Shown piece after piece: positions 52,661 to 61,046 of a stretch of 64,000 nucleotides of DNA (the stretch's first letter is position 1; each line of letters opens with the position of its first letter). Origin of the DNA: a phage; the sequence record PV467749.1, one strand, 5' to 3'. A program made the translations under genes and the position numbers. The notes beneath the pieces were generated by a model, which was given only the letters and a program-made list of their open reading frames with translations, was not told the origin of the DNA and ran no database searches.

Positions 52661-53476
52661 TTAGATTTTTGGTTGTGATTTTGGTAGTGGAGAACGAGAT
52701 TTAGAAGCGGTATTTTTTGGCTTCGCAACATCTTTCATTTCGCCACGAGCATTTTTACCTAGGTCTTCATCAGTGTGGGACATAGCATCTTCGTTTTCAA
52801 AATCATAATCTACTTGTTTTTCGGAAGCTTTAGCGAATTTCACTGGAGCAACACCTTGAACTGGAGATTTAGCTTCTGGTGCAACTGGGGACTTGGTATT
52901 AACGCCAGCTTTTTCTTTCTTATCAACCGCAGCAACTTGCTTAAGTTTGAAAGACTCACCAACTTTCTCATCACCGAATTGTACATCAGCAAATTCGTCT
53001 TCAGATTCTTCACCATCAGCACCAACTTCAACTTCTTCGTCGTCAGAACCTAGGTCAACTTCATCACCACCGATTTCGTCAAACATTTGTTGTAGGCCAC
53101 GGAAAGCATCTTGAATAGATTCCCATTGGTCTTCGGAAGGAACTTCTGCACCAACTTCTGCTTCAGCGTCAACTTCTTCGCCATCAGCATCAGCAGAGAA
53201 TTCAACTTCTTCTTCTGCACTTTCATCTTCTTCACCTAGGGTGTATTCGATTTCAGCATTTAGACCAGCGTCTGGTTGAACATCAAAGTCTTCGTCAAGT
53301 TTTTCTTCGTCTTTGACTTCAACTTCACATTCTTCTTCGTCCATGCTTTCTTCTAGTTCTTTATTGATTTCTTGAGCTTGCTCAACAAAGTACTTACGCA
53401 TTTTTTTATCAGCAACATCTTGTTCGCCGTTTGCAAACGCTTCAATTGCTTCTTGTAGTAGTTTTAAATTCGCCAT
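52661..53476 (-). CDS. highly acidic prohead core/scaffold-like protein
   Basis: ORF 52661..53488 (start probably ATG 53476 after GGAGG RBS); extreme D/E content. Confidence 0.45.
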   Translation of the reverse strand: MANLKLLQEAIEAFANGEQDVADKKMRKYFVEQAQEINKELEESMDEEECEVEVKDEEKLDEDFDVQPDAGLNAEIEYTLGEEDESAEEEVEFSADADGEEVDAEAEVGAEVPSEDQWESIQDAFRGLQQMFDEIGGDEVDLGSDDEEVEVGADGEESEDEFADVQFGDEKVGESFKLKQVAAVDKKEKAGVNTKSPVAPEAKSPVQGVAPVKFAKASEKQVDYDFENEDAMSHTDEDLGKNARGEMKDVAKPKNTASKSRSPLPKSQPKI

Positions 53477-53509
53477 TATATCCTCCATAGATATATTACA
53501 TTCATATAA

Positions 53510-53568
53510 AGTATGATATTATTTAGTACTGAAAAATTTCGCCATTTTTAAAAGCTTTAAAAAGTGCG
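53510..53568 (-). promoter_or_regulatory. late promoter with conserved upstream module, copy B
   Basis: ACTAAATAATATCATAC plus upstream ...ACTGAAAAATTT...TTTAAAAGCTTTAAAA, near-identical to copy A. Confidence 0.45.
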
Positions 53569-53576
53569 ATTTTTGT

Positions 53577-53804
53577 TTACATTAATCCTGAACCATCACC
53601 GGATGGTGCTGCTGCATAAACAACAGCGACAACATTTTTGCGTCGTTGTTCTTCATTAGCTTTAAATTCACGGTACTTTCTTAAATTATTAAGTACTTGT
53701 AATGTTAGTTTTGGTTTTCTGGAATCAGTAATTTTATATACGTTCTGATCATCTTCAGGGTCGTATAAAGAATCACTGCTAGATTCAAAGATGTCCTTTA
53801 ACAT
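53577..53804 (-). CDS. small hypothetical protein (gp67-like position)
   Basis: 75 aa, AGGAG RBS, between portal and acidic core protein. Confidence 0.4.
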   Translation of the reverse strand: MLKDIFESSSDSLYDPEDDQNVYKITDSRKPKLTLQVLNNLRKYREFKANEEQRRKNVVAVVYAAAPSGDGSGLM

Positions 53805-53877
53805 TTCATCTCCTTTGAATATGCATTATAATGAGGGCAACTAATGTACCCTCATTCTTATACATTGTTATTTATGA

Positions 53878-55614
53878 TTAAAAAGAATCGCCTAAATTAT
53901 TCGGGTTAAAACCTGCACTTCCTTGTTGTTCTTGGTATTCAGCATCGGCACTTTCTAAGTTACCGTCATCATCAATACCCAAATCCATACCAGGATCGTT
54001 AGGAGCATCTATACCAACAGATTGCAACCCAGCAGCATCTTCTTCACCACTTGACGGAGCGGAACCATCTTGTGGATTTTCTTGGAGCCACATTTGCTCA
54101 TTCTTAACAATATCAGCTTTAGAGAAGCCCATTTTTTCAAGAATAGTTTGTTTTGCCATATATGGCAGATCGTTAAGTGGGAGATAGGTGTTAATTAGTT
54201 TAGCATCTAGTTCCGCTTTACGATAAGAAGCCAAGTTAATAGGTGGATTCATAATTACTTCAAAAGATGAAGTACTAATGTTATATCCATTTTTAACCAT
54301 AAAACGTTTAAATTCTGCATCAAATAGTTTTGCAACTAAACGTTGATAACGCATACATTGGTTATTAAAACGTAATTCACTTGCCATTGCTTGTGTTGCA
54401 CCATCACCAAATAGTGATACACCACCATCATCTGGACCTTGCGGTAGATATGAAGCTGGGATTTGCAAACCACGAATCAATTTATTGTTGAAGTAACGCA
54501 AGTCATCAATCTGACCTAAGTTATCACCACCAGGAAGTGTTTGTACATCTGAACCACGACCTTCAGAAGTTTGTGGGAAGAAGTAATCTTCTAGAATACT
54601 TAATGGATTATATGCTGCATCCATTAGTGAAGTACTGCCACCTTTATTTGAAGGAATACGTCTTTGGTGAATTTCATTTTTGAATCGTTCTACGTATGCC
54701 ATTGCTTGGTGAGTTTGCATATCACCAACGTCGATTTTAAATACACGACGCTCTGGAGCACGTTGAACACGATAGATAATAATACTATCTTCAAGTAATT
54801 CTTTTTGTTTATAGACTTTGAAAACATCTTCAAGTATACTAGTACCAAAAGGCCAAACTCCATCTTGTCCTGTATTTAGGGTTAGATGAATTACATGTTC
54901 TGCACCAACTGGAATAACATCAAGACGACCGTTAGTACTGAATGGGTCAGCAGAGTTTCCTTGGTTAGTAAAGCCAGATGCACCACCTGCTGCTACTGAA
55001 CCACCGCCACCTAATGTGGTAGGGATTGCACCAGGATATGCAGTTTTGTCAAAACCAACTTGCAAGTTACTAAACACTTTATCTTTAAGATTCAAAGATA
55101 CGTCACGGATATAATAAATTACAGGGGTTTTTCCGGTTGCTTCGTTAACGAATACTTGTTCAACGTTTTTTGGGCTTACCCAGTACCAGTCAAATGTTTC
55201 TGGGTCACGAATGAAGAATTGGTCACCGTATTTTAATAGGCCACGTACAATTTCATACATTCTGGTTTTAAAATCATTTTGTTCTGTCCATGCATCCAAA
55301 CGGTCTTCAATAGTAGTTACTTCTGTATCACCAATATCATCTTTATATTTGATTTTATATGGAAGACCAAAATCTTCAGTACTTTGTGTACAGAAGTCAG
55401 CAATGATATTAAGTGCTGTTCTAATTTCAGGATCTTGGTCCATCTGTTCATACTGACTATAACGTTCAGTACGGTTAGCTAAACCATTGTATACTACTGG
55501 AAGATAGGAAGCGAAATTGGTTTTCGTTCCTGTTGATTTGTTGCTATTACTGGACTGATTAGGGACGACCGATAACTTCGATCTCCCCATTGTCATATGT
55601 CGTTTCCAACTCAT
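53878..55614 (-). CDS. portal protein (gp20-like)
   Basis: 578 aa; assigned by size and T4-like synteny upstream of the core/protease/scaffold/capsid genes. Confidence 0.55.
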   Translation of the reverse strand: MSWKRHMTMGRSKLSVVPNQSSNSNKSTGTKTNFASYLPVVYNGLANRTERYSQYEQMDQDPEIRTALNIIADFCTQSTEDFGLPYKIKYKDDIGDTEVTTIEDRLDAWTEQNDFKTRMYEIVRGLLKYGDQFFIRDPETFDWYWVSPKNVEQVFVNEATGKTPVIYYIRDVSLNLKDKVFSNLQVGFDKTAYPGAIPTTLGGGGSVAAGGASGFTNQGNSADPFSTNGRLDVIPVGAEHVIHLTLNTGQDGVWPFGTSILEDVFKVYKQKELLEDSIIIYRVQRAPERRVFKIDVGDMQTHQAMAYVERFKNEIHQRRIPSNKGGSTSLMDAAYNPLSILEDYFFPQTSEGRGSDVQTLPGGDNLGQIDDLRYFNNKLIRGLQIPASYLPQGPDDGGVSLFGDGATQAMASELRFNNQCMRYQRLVAKLFDAEFKRFMVKNGYNISTSSFEVIMNPPINLASYRKAELDAKLINTYLPLNDLPYMAKQTILEKMGFSKADIVKNEQMWLQENPQDGSAPSSGEEDAAGLQSVGIDAPNDPGMDLGIDDDGNLESADAEYQEQQGSAGFNPNNLGDSF

Positions 55615-55626
55615 TATTGTTCGTCC

Positions 55627-57825
55627 TTAACTGTTTCTCTCACCTTGGGTGTTTTCAGAGATAGTTCTTAGATAATTATTTGTCTGTTGTACAGCAGATA
55701 GTGATTGTTCATTAACATCGGCAAGCTTTTTGAGTATTTCTTTCATTTCATCAGAAATCGGTGCTGGTGGTCCAGTTCTCGATGTCACTGCACTACCATT
55801 ATTTATCATCTTCTTAATTGCCTCTGTATCGTCAGGTTTTGGCGGTACTGGTGGTTCACCTGGTGCCCATGCAGTTTTATCAAAATCTTTACGAGATACA
55901 GTTATTTCTGGAGCAACGTTATTGGTTTTTTCAATAACAGGACGAATACGTTCTACTCCTGGACGGTTGAATAAACTGTCAGCATAATCAGATGGTAGTG
56001 GTTTTGGTTCTTTGTAGTTACGTGAGGTGTTCCATTTGTTGAACTTATCCCACATCCCTGCAAAATAATCACTAACACTATTTACACCGTTGTCAATGAT
56101 GTTGTTTACGCTTTCTGCTGGGGTTTCAGTACTGTTATTGAGTTTTATATCATTATCAGAACCACCACCGAACCAACTTTTAACAGAATTCCATAGGTTA
56201 CCAGGTAAATCCATTAAGTTATTCATAAAGGTATCAAATGCTTCTGACACTTTAGAGTAACCTGAACCGAATATATCTGCACCCAATCCATCCAACCAAG
56301 CTGTAAATTCAGCACCAATACGATCAAGGTAAGCAATTGCATCTTTAGCAATAGGTACTAACCCAAATCCATCAAGAGCCAATTCCCCAATAAACTCCCA
56401 TGCACCATCAGTTCTGTCTGCAATGTCTGAAAGATAATCCACAATTGAATTTTGTGTATTAGCATACATTGTATTAAATGGTTCAGTGAATTCTTTACTA
56501 ATCCACATATTGAAGCGGTTAGTAAATTGAGTTAATTTATCAGCGGGATTATTTTTAGGTTCATTTACGGTTGCTTCCATATCCAATAGTTGTTGGTAGA
56601 AGGTTGCAGCAGTTGTGTTTCCTAATTGAATCTGGTTAAGCAAATCTTGCTTAATTAATTCTTTATTCTTTTTAACGAATTCTAATTGTTGGCGACGAAT
56701 TTCTTGTGAATCAGTTACCCCACTACGTACAAGATTTTCACCTAAATCAGCGAACTGGTTCAGTACTGGAGTGAGTAGGTCATCCGGTACGCCACCAATA
56801 GACAATCTGTGTGATATCAAACGGAGGAAATCTGCACCTGCATCACCCATTGCACCCGCAGCTTCGTTGAACGCCTTAGATGTTGCTACAGCAGCTTTAC
56901 TGGATAGTCCAGAGTAGTTCTGCAATGCAATTTGCATAGAACGCGTATCGAGTGATTTATCTAGGTTTTGTGTTTTGTTTAGTAATGCATCTACGGATTC
57001 ACCCATGCTTTTACTGAATTTAGTCATGCTCATGATGAATTGTTCAGTACTTTTAGCTTGGTCCATACTACGAAGAGCTTCACGACCACCATATTGTTTT
57101 TGGAACTTAATGTTTCTTGCAGTTAAATCAGTTAATGTTTTTTGAGAAATACCATAAAGGCCAAGTTCATTTTGAGCTTGTTGAACAGTTCCTAATAATT
57201 TACCAAAGGTAGCAACACCATCACCATATGCACCATCCAATTGAGCTACTACAGAACTATGTGTTTGTAGAGCTTCACTGAATGCATCCATACTCAACAT
57301 AGATGCACCTGCACCTTTCAGTACTGAGCCATAACCTTCAGCCAATGCAACACCAGCACTGTTAATTCTGGTATAAACTTCCAATTGTGCATTAAGGGCA
57401 TTGTATACCGCAAGACCAGCACCAGTAACGAGTTTAAACGCTGCTGCCGCTGCACCAATTGGACCTGGCATCATTGCTAATGAACCAGCAAATGATGATG
57501 CACTAACGCCTAATGAGTTTACTACAGTACTTACGTTGGTACTGGAGTTCATCATTGTTTTGCTTACATTAGAAACTTCAGAAGATAGTGATTTGAACAA
57601 TTTACCAAATGCTTTCCCATCATCGGCTTGTGCACTTCCACGATTTCCACGATTACTGGAAGAACTGGAACTGGAACCATTCTTTTTACTATTTGAACCT
57701 GATTTTTTCTTATCATTCTTTATATTTTCAGCTAATAACTCACGGATAGCAGTCAAACTATCATTGTTATCTTTAGTTTGATTAACCAACTGCTGTAGTA
57801 GGTAATCACTTGTATTGACAGCCAT
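55627..57825 (-). CDS. tape-measure-like virion protein
   Basis: ORF 55627..58032 trimmed to ATG 57825 (MAVNTSDY...); A/S/G-rich with long predicted helical stretches typical of tape-measure proteins. Confidence 0.45.
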   Translation of the reverse strand: MAVNTSDYLLQQLVNQTKDNNDSLTAIRELLAENIKNDKKKSGSNSKKNGSSSSSSSNRGNRGSAQADDGKAFGKLFKSLSSEVSNVSKTMMNSSTNVSTVVNSLGVSASSFAGSLAMMPGPIGAAAAAFKLVTGAGLAVYNALNAQLEVYTRINSAGVALAEGYGSVLKGAGASMLSMDAFSEALQTHSSVVAQLDGAYGDGVATFGKLLGTVQQAQNELGLYGISQKTLTDLTARNIKFQKQYGGREALRSMDQAKSTEQFIMSMTKFSKSMGESVDALLNKTQNLDKSLDTRSMQIALQNYSGLSSKAAVATSKAFNEAAGAMGDAGADFLRLISHRLSIGGVPDDLLTPVLNQFADLGENLVRSGVTDSQEIRRQQLEFVKKNKELIKQDLLNQIQLGNTTAATFYQQLLDMEATVNEPKNNPADKLTQFTNRFNMWISKEFTEPFNTMYANTQNSIVDYLSDIADRTDGAWEFIGELALDGFGLVPIAKDAIAYLDRIGAEFTAWLDGLGADIFGSGYSKVSEAFDTFMNNLMDLPGNLWNSVKSWFGGGSDNDIKLNNSTETPAESVNNIIDNGVNSVSDYFAGMWDKFNKWNTSRNYKEPKPLPSDYADSLFNRPGVERIRPVIEKTNNVAPEITVSRKDFDKTAWAPGEPPVPPKPDDTEAIKKMINNGSAVTSRTGPPAPISDEMKEILKKLADVNEQSLSAVQQTNNYLRTISENTQGERNS

Positions 57826-57970
57826 AACATTCCCTTTTAATAGATGTATTATAGAAATATTTATGAATCTATAACGAATAAAAAAGACCCATCTATAACA
57901 TTTGTCCAATTTGTCCCATTTTTTGGTAATAAATACTACAGAGACATTTATTACATGGAGATTTAATAAA

Positions 57971-58807
57971 ATGGCAATGAACCCACTAGCTAAGTATACT
58001 AAAATTGAAGAACTTGGTACAAAATTGGTCACAAATGGCGTGATTCCTTATAAAGAAGGAGTTCTTGGCTCTAAAGGTATCAAATGTGGCATTTGTGCTC
58101 GTAGTGCACGCGATGAAATGACACTCAATACACCAGATATGCTTCTAAATGGTGATGCAATTGCTCGTGTTATTGAAAACTGCGTACCTAACGTACTTGA
58201 TGCAGATGAACTTTATGTAAATGACGTAGAGCAACTACTTATCGCTATTAAAGTAGCTTCTAAAGAAGAATCATATGATATTAATGTGACATGTCCTGAA
58301 TGTAACAAAGAAGGCCGTTTTGAGCGTAGCTTATCATATCTACTAGAAACAGCACATACTTTCAGTGAAGTTCCTACTGTACAATTGGATAATGGACTAA
58401 GTTTAGAGTTTAGACCACTTACTTGGAAGGAATATTCTAACTTCGCAGAAAGAATGTTTACAGAACAACAAAAAACTAAATTCCTTGAAACTGCCGAAAT
58501 GGAGCAGGAAGAAAAAGTTAAAGTGTTTGGTGAAGTATTTGAAAGTATGGCACAACTCAACTTTGATATGATCGCAGGAGTTATTGCTAAAGTAATTACT
58601 CCTGAAGGTGATGAAGTAACTGAAAACGAATTCATTTCTGAATGGCTAGGTCAGCAGTCCAAAGGAACACTTAAAATAATTCGTGAAAAAATGGATGAAG
58701 TACTTGAAATTGGTGTTTCCCATACTATGGAAGTTGAATGCAGTGACTGTAATCATCAATGGGAAATTAATGGACTGAAATATGACCCAAGTCATTTTTT
58801 CGCATAA
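57971..58807 (+). CDS. hypothetical protein with two CxxC pairs
   Basis: ORF 57902..58807 (start probably ATG 57971 after GGAG); CGIC...CPEC and CSDC motifs. Confidence 0.45.
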   Translation: MAMNPLAKYTKIEELGTKLVTNGVIPYKEGVLGSKGIKCGICARSARDEMTLNTPDMLLNGDAIARVIENCVPNVLDADELYVNDVEQLLIAIKVASKEESYDINVTCPECNKEGRFERSLSYLLETAHTFSEVPTVQLDNGLSLEFRPLTWKEYSNFAERMFTEQQKTKFLETAEMEQEEKVKVFGEVFESMAQLNFDMIAGVIAKVITPEGDEVTENEFISEWLGQQSKGTLKIIREKMDEVLEIGVSHTMEVECSDCNHQWEINGLKYDPSHFFA

Positions 58808-59016
58808 TGCTTCTCCACTCATCTCCTGAAGAAATACAAGAAGTACTTAAGGAATTTGAGTTGAATAAGTCAGATATTAAAACTGCATTAATGGAGTGTT
58901 CTGTTTATATGGAAAGTGTTGATTACGGAACACTACTTAATATGCCACTAATTGATAGAGACTTATTAGTTAAGTCTTTTAATAAGAAAATTAAAAAACA
59001 AAACGAGAAGCACTAA
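58807..59016 (+). CDS. hypothetical small protein
   Basis: 69-aa ORF coupled to the upstream gene. Confidence 0.35.
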   Translation: MLLHSSPEEIQEVLKEFELNKSDIKTALMECSVYMESVDYGTLLNMPLIDRDLLVKSFNKKIKKQNEKH

Positions 59017-59025
59017 CTCACAAGG

Positions 59026-59055
59026 AGCCAGCACATTGTTGCTGGTTTTTTTTTG
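59026..59055 (+). terminator. intrinsic terminator
   Basis: GCCAGCA/TGCTGGT hairpin followed by T9. Confidence 0.55.
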
Positions 59056-59269
59056 GTTTTAAACTACAGAATTGATTGAATTGAATTATGAAAGGAATTA
59101 ATTATTTTATAGTGAACTCATCTAACTCATTTCATTCGTTAGCTGAAGAATATTCGTTACTACGTAACTCATATTCATTTCTTATAATTAATTATAAAGA
59201 ACTTTAAAAGATTTAATACTTGACGGGATTTGTTGAAGACATTTTCATCCCCCCGCAGGGGAATGAAGA

Positions 59270-59726
59270 CAATAAAAAAGAGACAATTAAGTCTCTTAAT
59301 TCTTGACGCTGATGGTTTCAGCATTTATTGTATTGCGAATTTCTTAAAATTCATTAAGAACGAAAGCGGGTTGCTCTGTTTCTCTCTATCGCAGTCATGT
59401 GCAACGGTCGTCAGTCTTAATCATCCTGACACTCACCTGAAAGTCTATACAATCAAACTTCAGGCTGTTTATTAAATCACTTAATAAACTCCCTTAGCAA
59501 ATCTGGTAAGGTGCGATCCTTATACATCTATCGAGGAACTCTCTGTATGCTTATCGGAGTTCTTTATTGAGCCGTGTCGCCGTGAGGGGTTCAAACTATG
59601 CCCACATCTAACGGGTTTCTTCTGCTCATCGCACTGTTGAACTGCTCATCTGCCATCTACATTTTCGATAGGATCAGGTTCTAATTTATATGCATTTCTG
59701 CATTCAACAGGATTGTCATCACTACA
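59270..59726 (-). ncRNA. candidate non-coding RNA (promoter-to-terminator unit with no ORF)
   Basis: GAGACA-N16-TGCTATAAT promoter at 59733-59760 points into an ~455-nt stretch with no ORF of 60 aa or more (from the ORF track) and no RBS-linked small ORF found by eye; hairpin plus U-run at 59270-59297; local GC above surroundings. Confidence 0.3.
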
Positions 59727-59732
59727 ATTAAC

Positions 59733-59760
59733 ATTATAGCACCAAATTCAAAAGTGTCTC
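59733..59760 (-). promoter_or_regulatory. sigma70-like promoter GAGACA-N16-TGCTATAAT
   Basis: Plus attatagca at 59733-59741 and tgtctc at 59755-59760. Confidence 0.4.
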
Positions 59761-59854
59761 ACTATTATGATAAAAAATTTATAAAAAGTACATAATTCTT
59801 GAACATTGAAGTAACGCATAAATATTTTGATAAGAATTAGTTTAGTGGGGATTT

Positions 59855-60340
59855 ATGAAGAAAAGATTAAAAGATAGTAAAGAAGCTGCAAACTATCGAA
59901 ATGAATTACTAAAGAAGCAAAAAGGAATTGATCCTATAATTAAGGAACCAATAACTAAGCCAGTACTTGATCACTATCACTTCGAGAATCAACATTGTCG
60001 CGGAGTACTCCAGAATGAGATAAACGCCTTTGAGGGTAAGGTTTCCAACGCATGGAACCGATATGGAAAGCATTTAACTGATATGCCATTACATGAAGTA
60101 CTAAGAAACCTTGCAGATTATCTTGAAAAGAACAATAATATCCCACTGGAAGAACAGGTGATTCATCACACGGCACTAACTGTGGATGTAAACAAGTTTA
60201 AAAGGCTCCCTGCAACGCGTCAGAACGAGATATTGGGGTTATGCGGTATAGAGCCATTACCTAATACAAAAGAACGCTCAAAGAGAGCTAGAGAGCTTAT
60301 TAAGAAAGGAATTCTCAATATAAATGAATACAAAAAATGA
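59855..60340 (+). CDS. endonuclease VII-like (gp49-like) His-Me finger nuclease
   Basis: 161 aa; LDHYHFENQHCRGVLQNEINAFEG resembles the endo VII core; late-type CATAAATATTT motif at 59817-59828. Confidence 0.55.
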   Translation: MKKRLKDSKEAANYRNELLKKQKGIDPIIKEPITKPVLDHYHFENQHCRGVLQNEINAFEGKVSNAWNRYGKHLTDMPLHEVLRNLADYLEKNNNIPLEEQVIHHTALTVDVNKFKRLPATRQNEILGLCGIEPLPNTKERSKRARELIKKGILNINEYKK

Positions 60341-61028
60341 TATTTTTATAGATAAAGCAAATATAAAACATAACAACAAATATGAATATACATTAGTTGA
60401 GTATGTAAATAATTACACTAAAGTTAAAATTATATGTAAGAAACATGGTATGTTTTCACAAACTCCAAATCACCATTTAAAAGGAAGTGGATGTAATGAA
60501 TGTTACTTAGAAAGCAAGCACGATACTAAAGATGACTTCATAAAAAAATCCATGAAAGTTCATGGTGAATTATATGATTACTCAAATGTGATATATAAAT
60601 CTTCAAAGAAAAAAGTTGAAATTATATGCAATAAACATGGTTCTTTTTATCAGAGGCCACATGAACATATATCAGGTAAAGGTTGTTCAGAATGTGGAGT
60701 TGGTGGTTACAAGAGAAGTAAACCAGGTCGTTTATATGTATATGAAGTTTTACAAGACGACAAAACTATAGCATACAAATACGGAATAACTAATGGTACT
60801 ATTAATAATAGAAAATATTACCATGAGTATCACTCTAACTTAAAATTTAATTGTGTTTATGAACTATATGATGAAGATGGTAATGTTCCATATAATATAG
60901 AAAAAGCAATAAAAGCTGGCATGAAAAGTGTTTTTTTATCAAAAACTATTTTAGAAGTTGGGTATACCGAAACGATAGAACCGTCTTTATATGAAGATTT
61001 GATTAATATAATAAAAAAAGGGAGCTAA
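60324..61028 (+). CDS. zinc-ribbon repeat + T5orf172-like domain protein (free-standing endonuclease-like)
   Basis: 234 aa; two KYEYT..VEY...C..HG.F.Q.P..H..G.GC.EC modules then KPGRLYVYEV...KYGIT; paralog of 48323..49420. Confidence 0.55.
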   Translation: MNTKNDIFIDKANIKHNNKYEYTLVEYVNNYTKVKIICKKHGMFSQTPNHHLKGSGCNECYLESKHDTKDDFIKKSMKVHGELYDYSNVIYKSSKKKVEIICNKHGSFYQRPHEHISGKGCSECGVGGYKRSKPGRLYVYEVLQDDKTIAYKYGITNGTINNRKYYHEYHSNLKFNCVYELYDEDGNVPYNIEKAIKAGMKSVFLSKTILEVGYTETIEPSLYEDLINIIKKGS

Positions 61029-61045
61029 GGCTCCCTTTCCTTTTA
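61013..61045. terminator. bidirectional intrinsic terminator
   Basis: GGGAGC-taag-GCTCCC hairpin flanked by A7 and T-rich run. Confidence 0.5.
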
Positions 61046-61046
61046 A

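Noticed and set aside
59017-59854. tRNA genes or a CRISPR array in the ORF-free region
   Set aside because: No cloverleaf with a canonical T-loop could be built around the GGTTCAAAC or related sites, and there are no regularly spaced direct repeats; no CRISPR array anywhere in the window.
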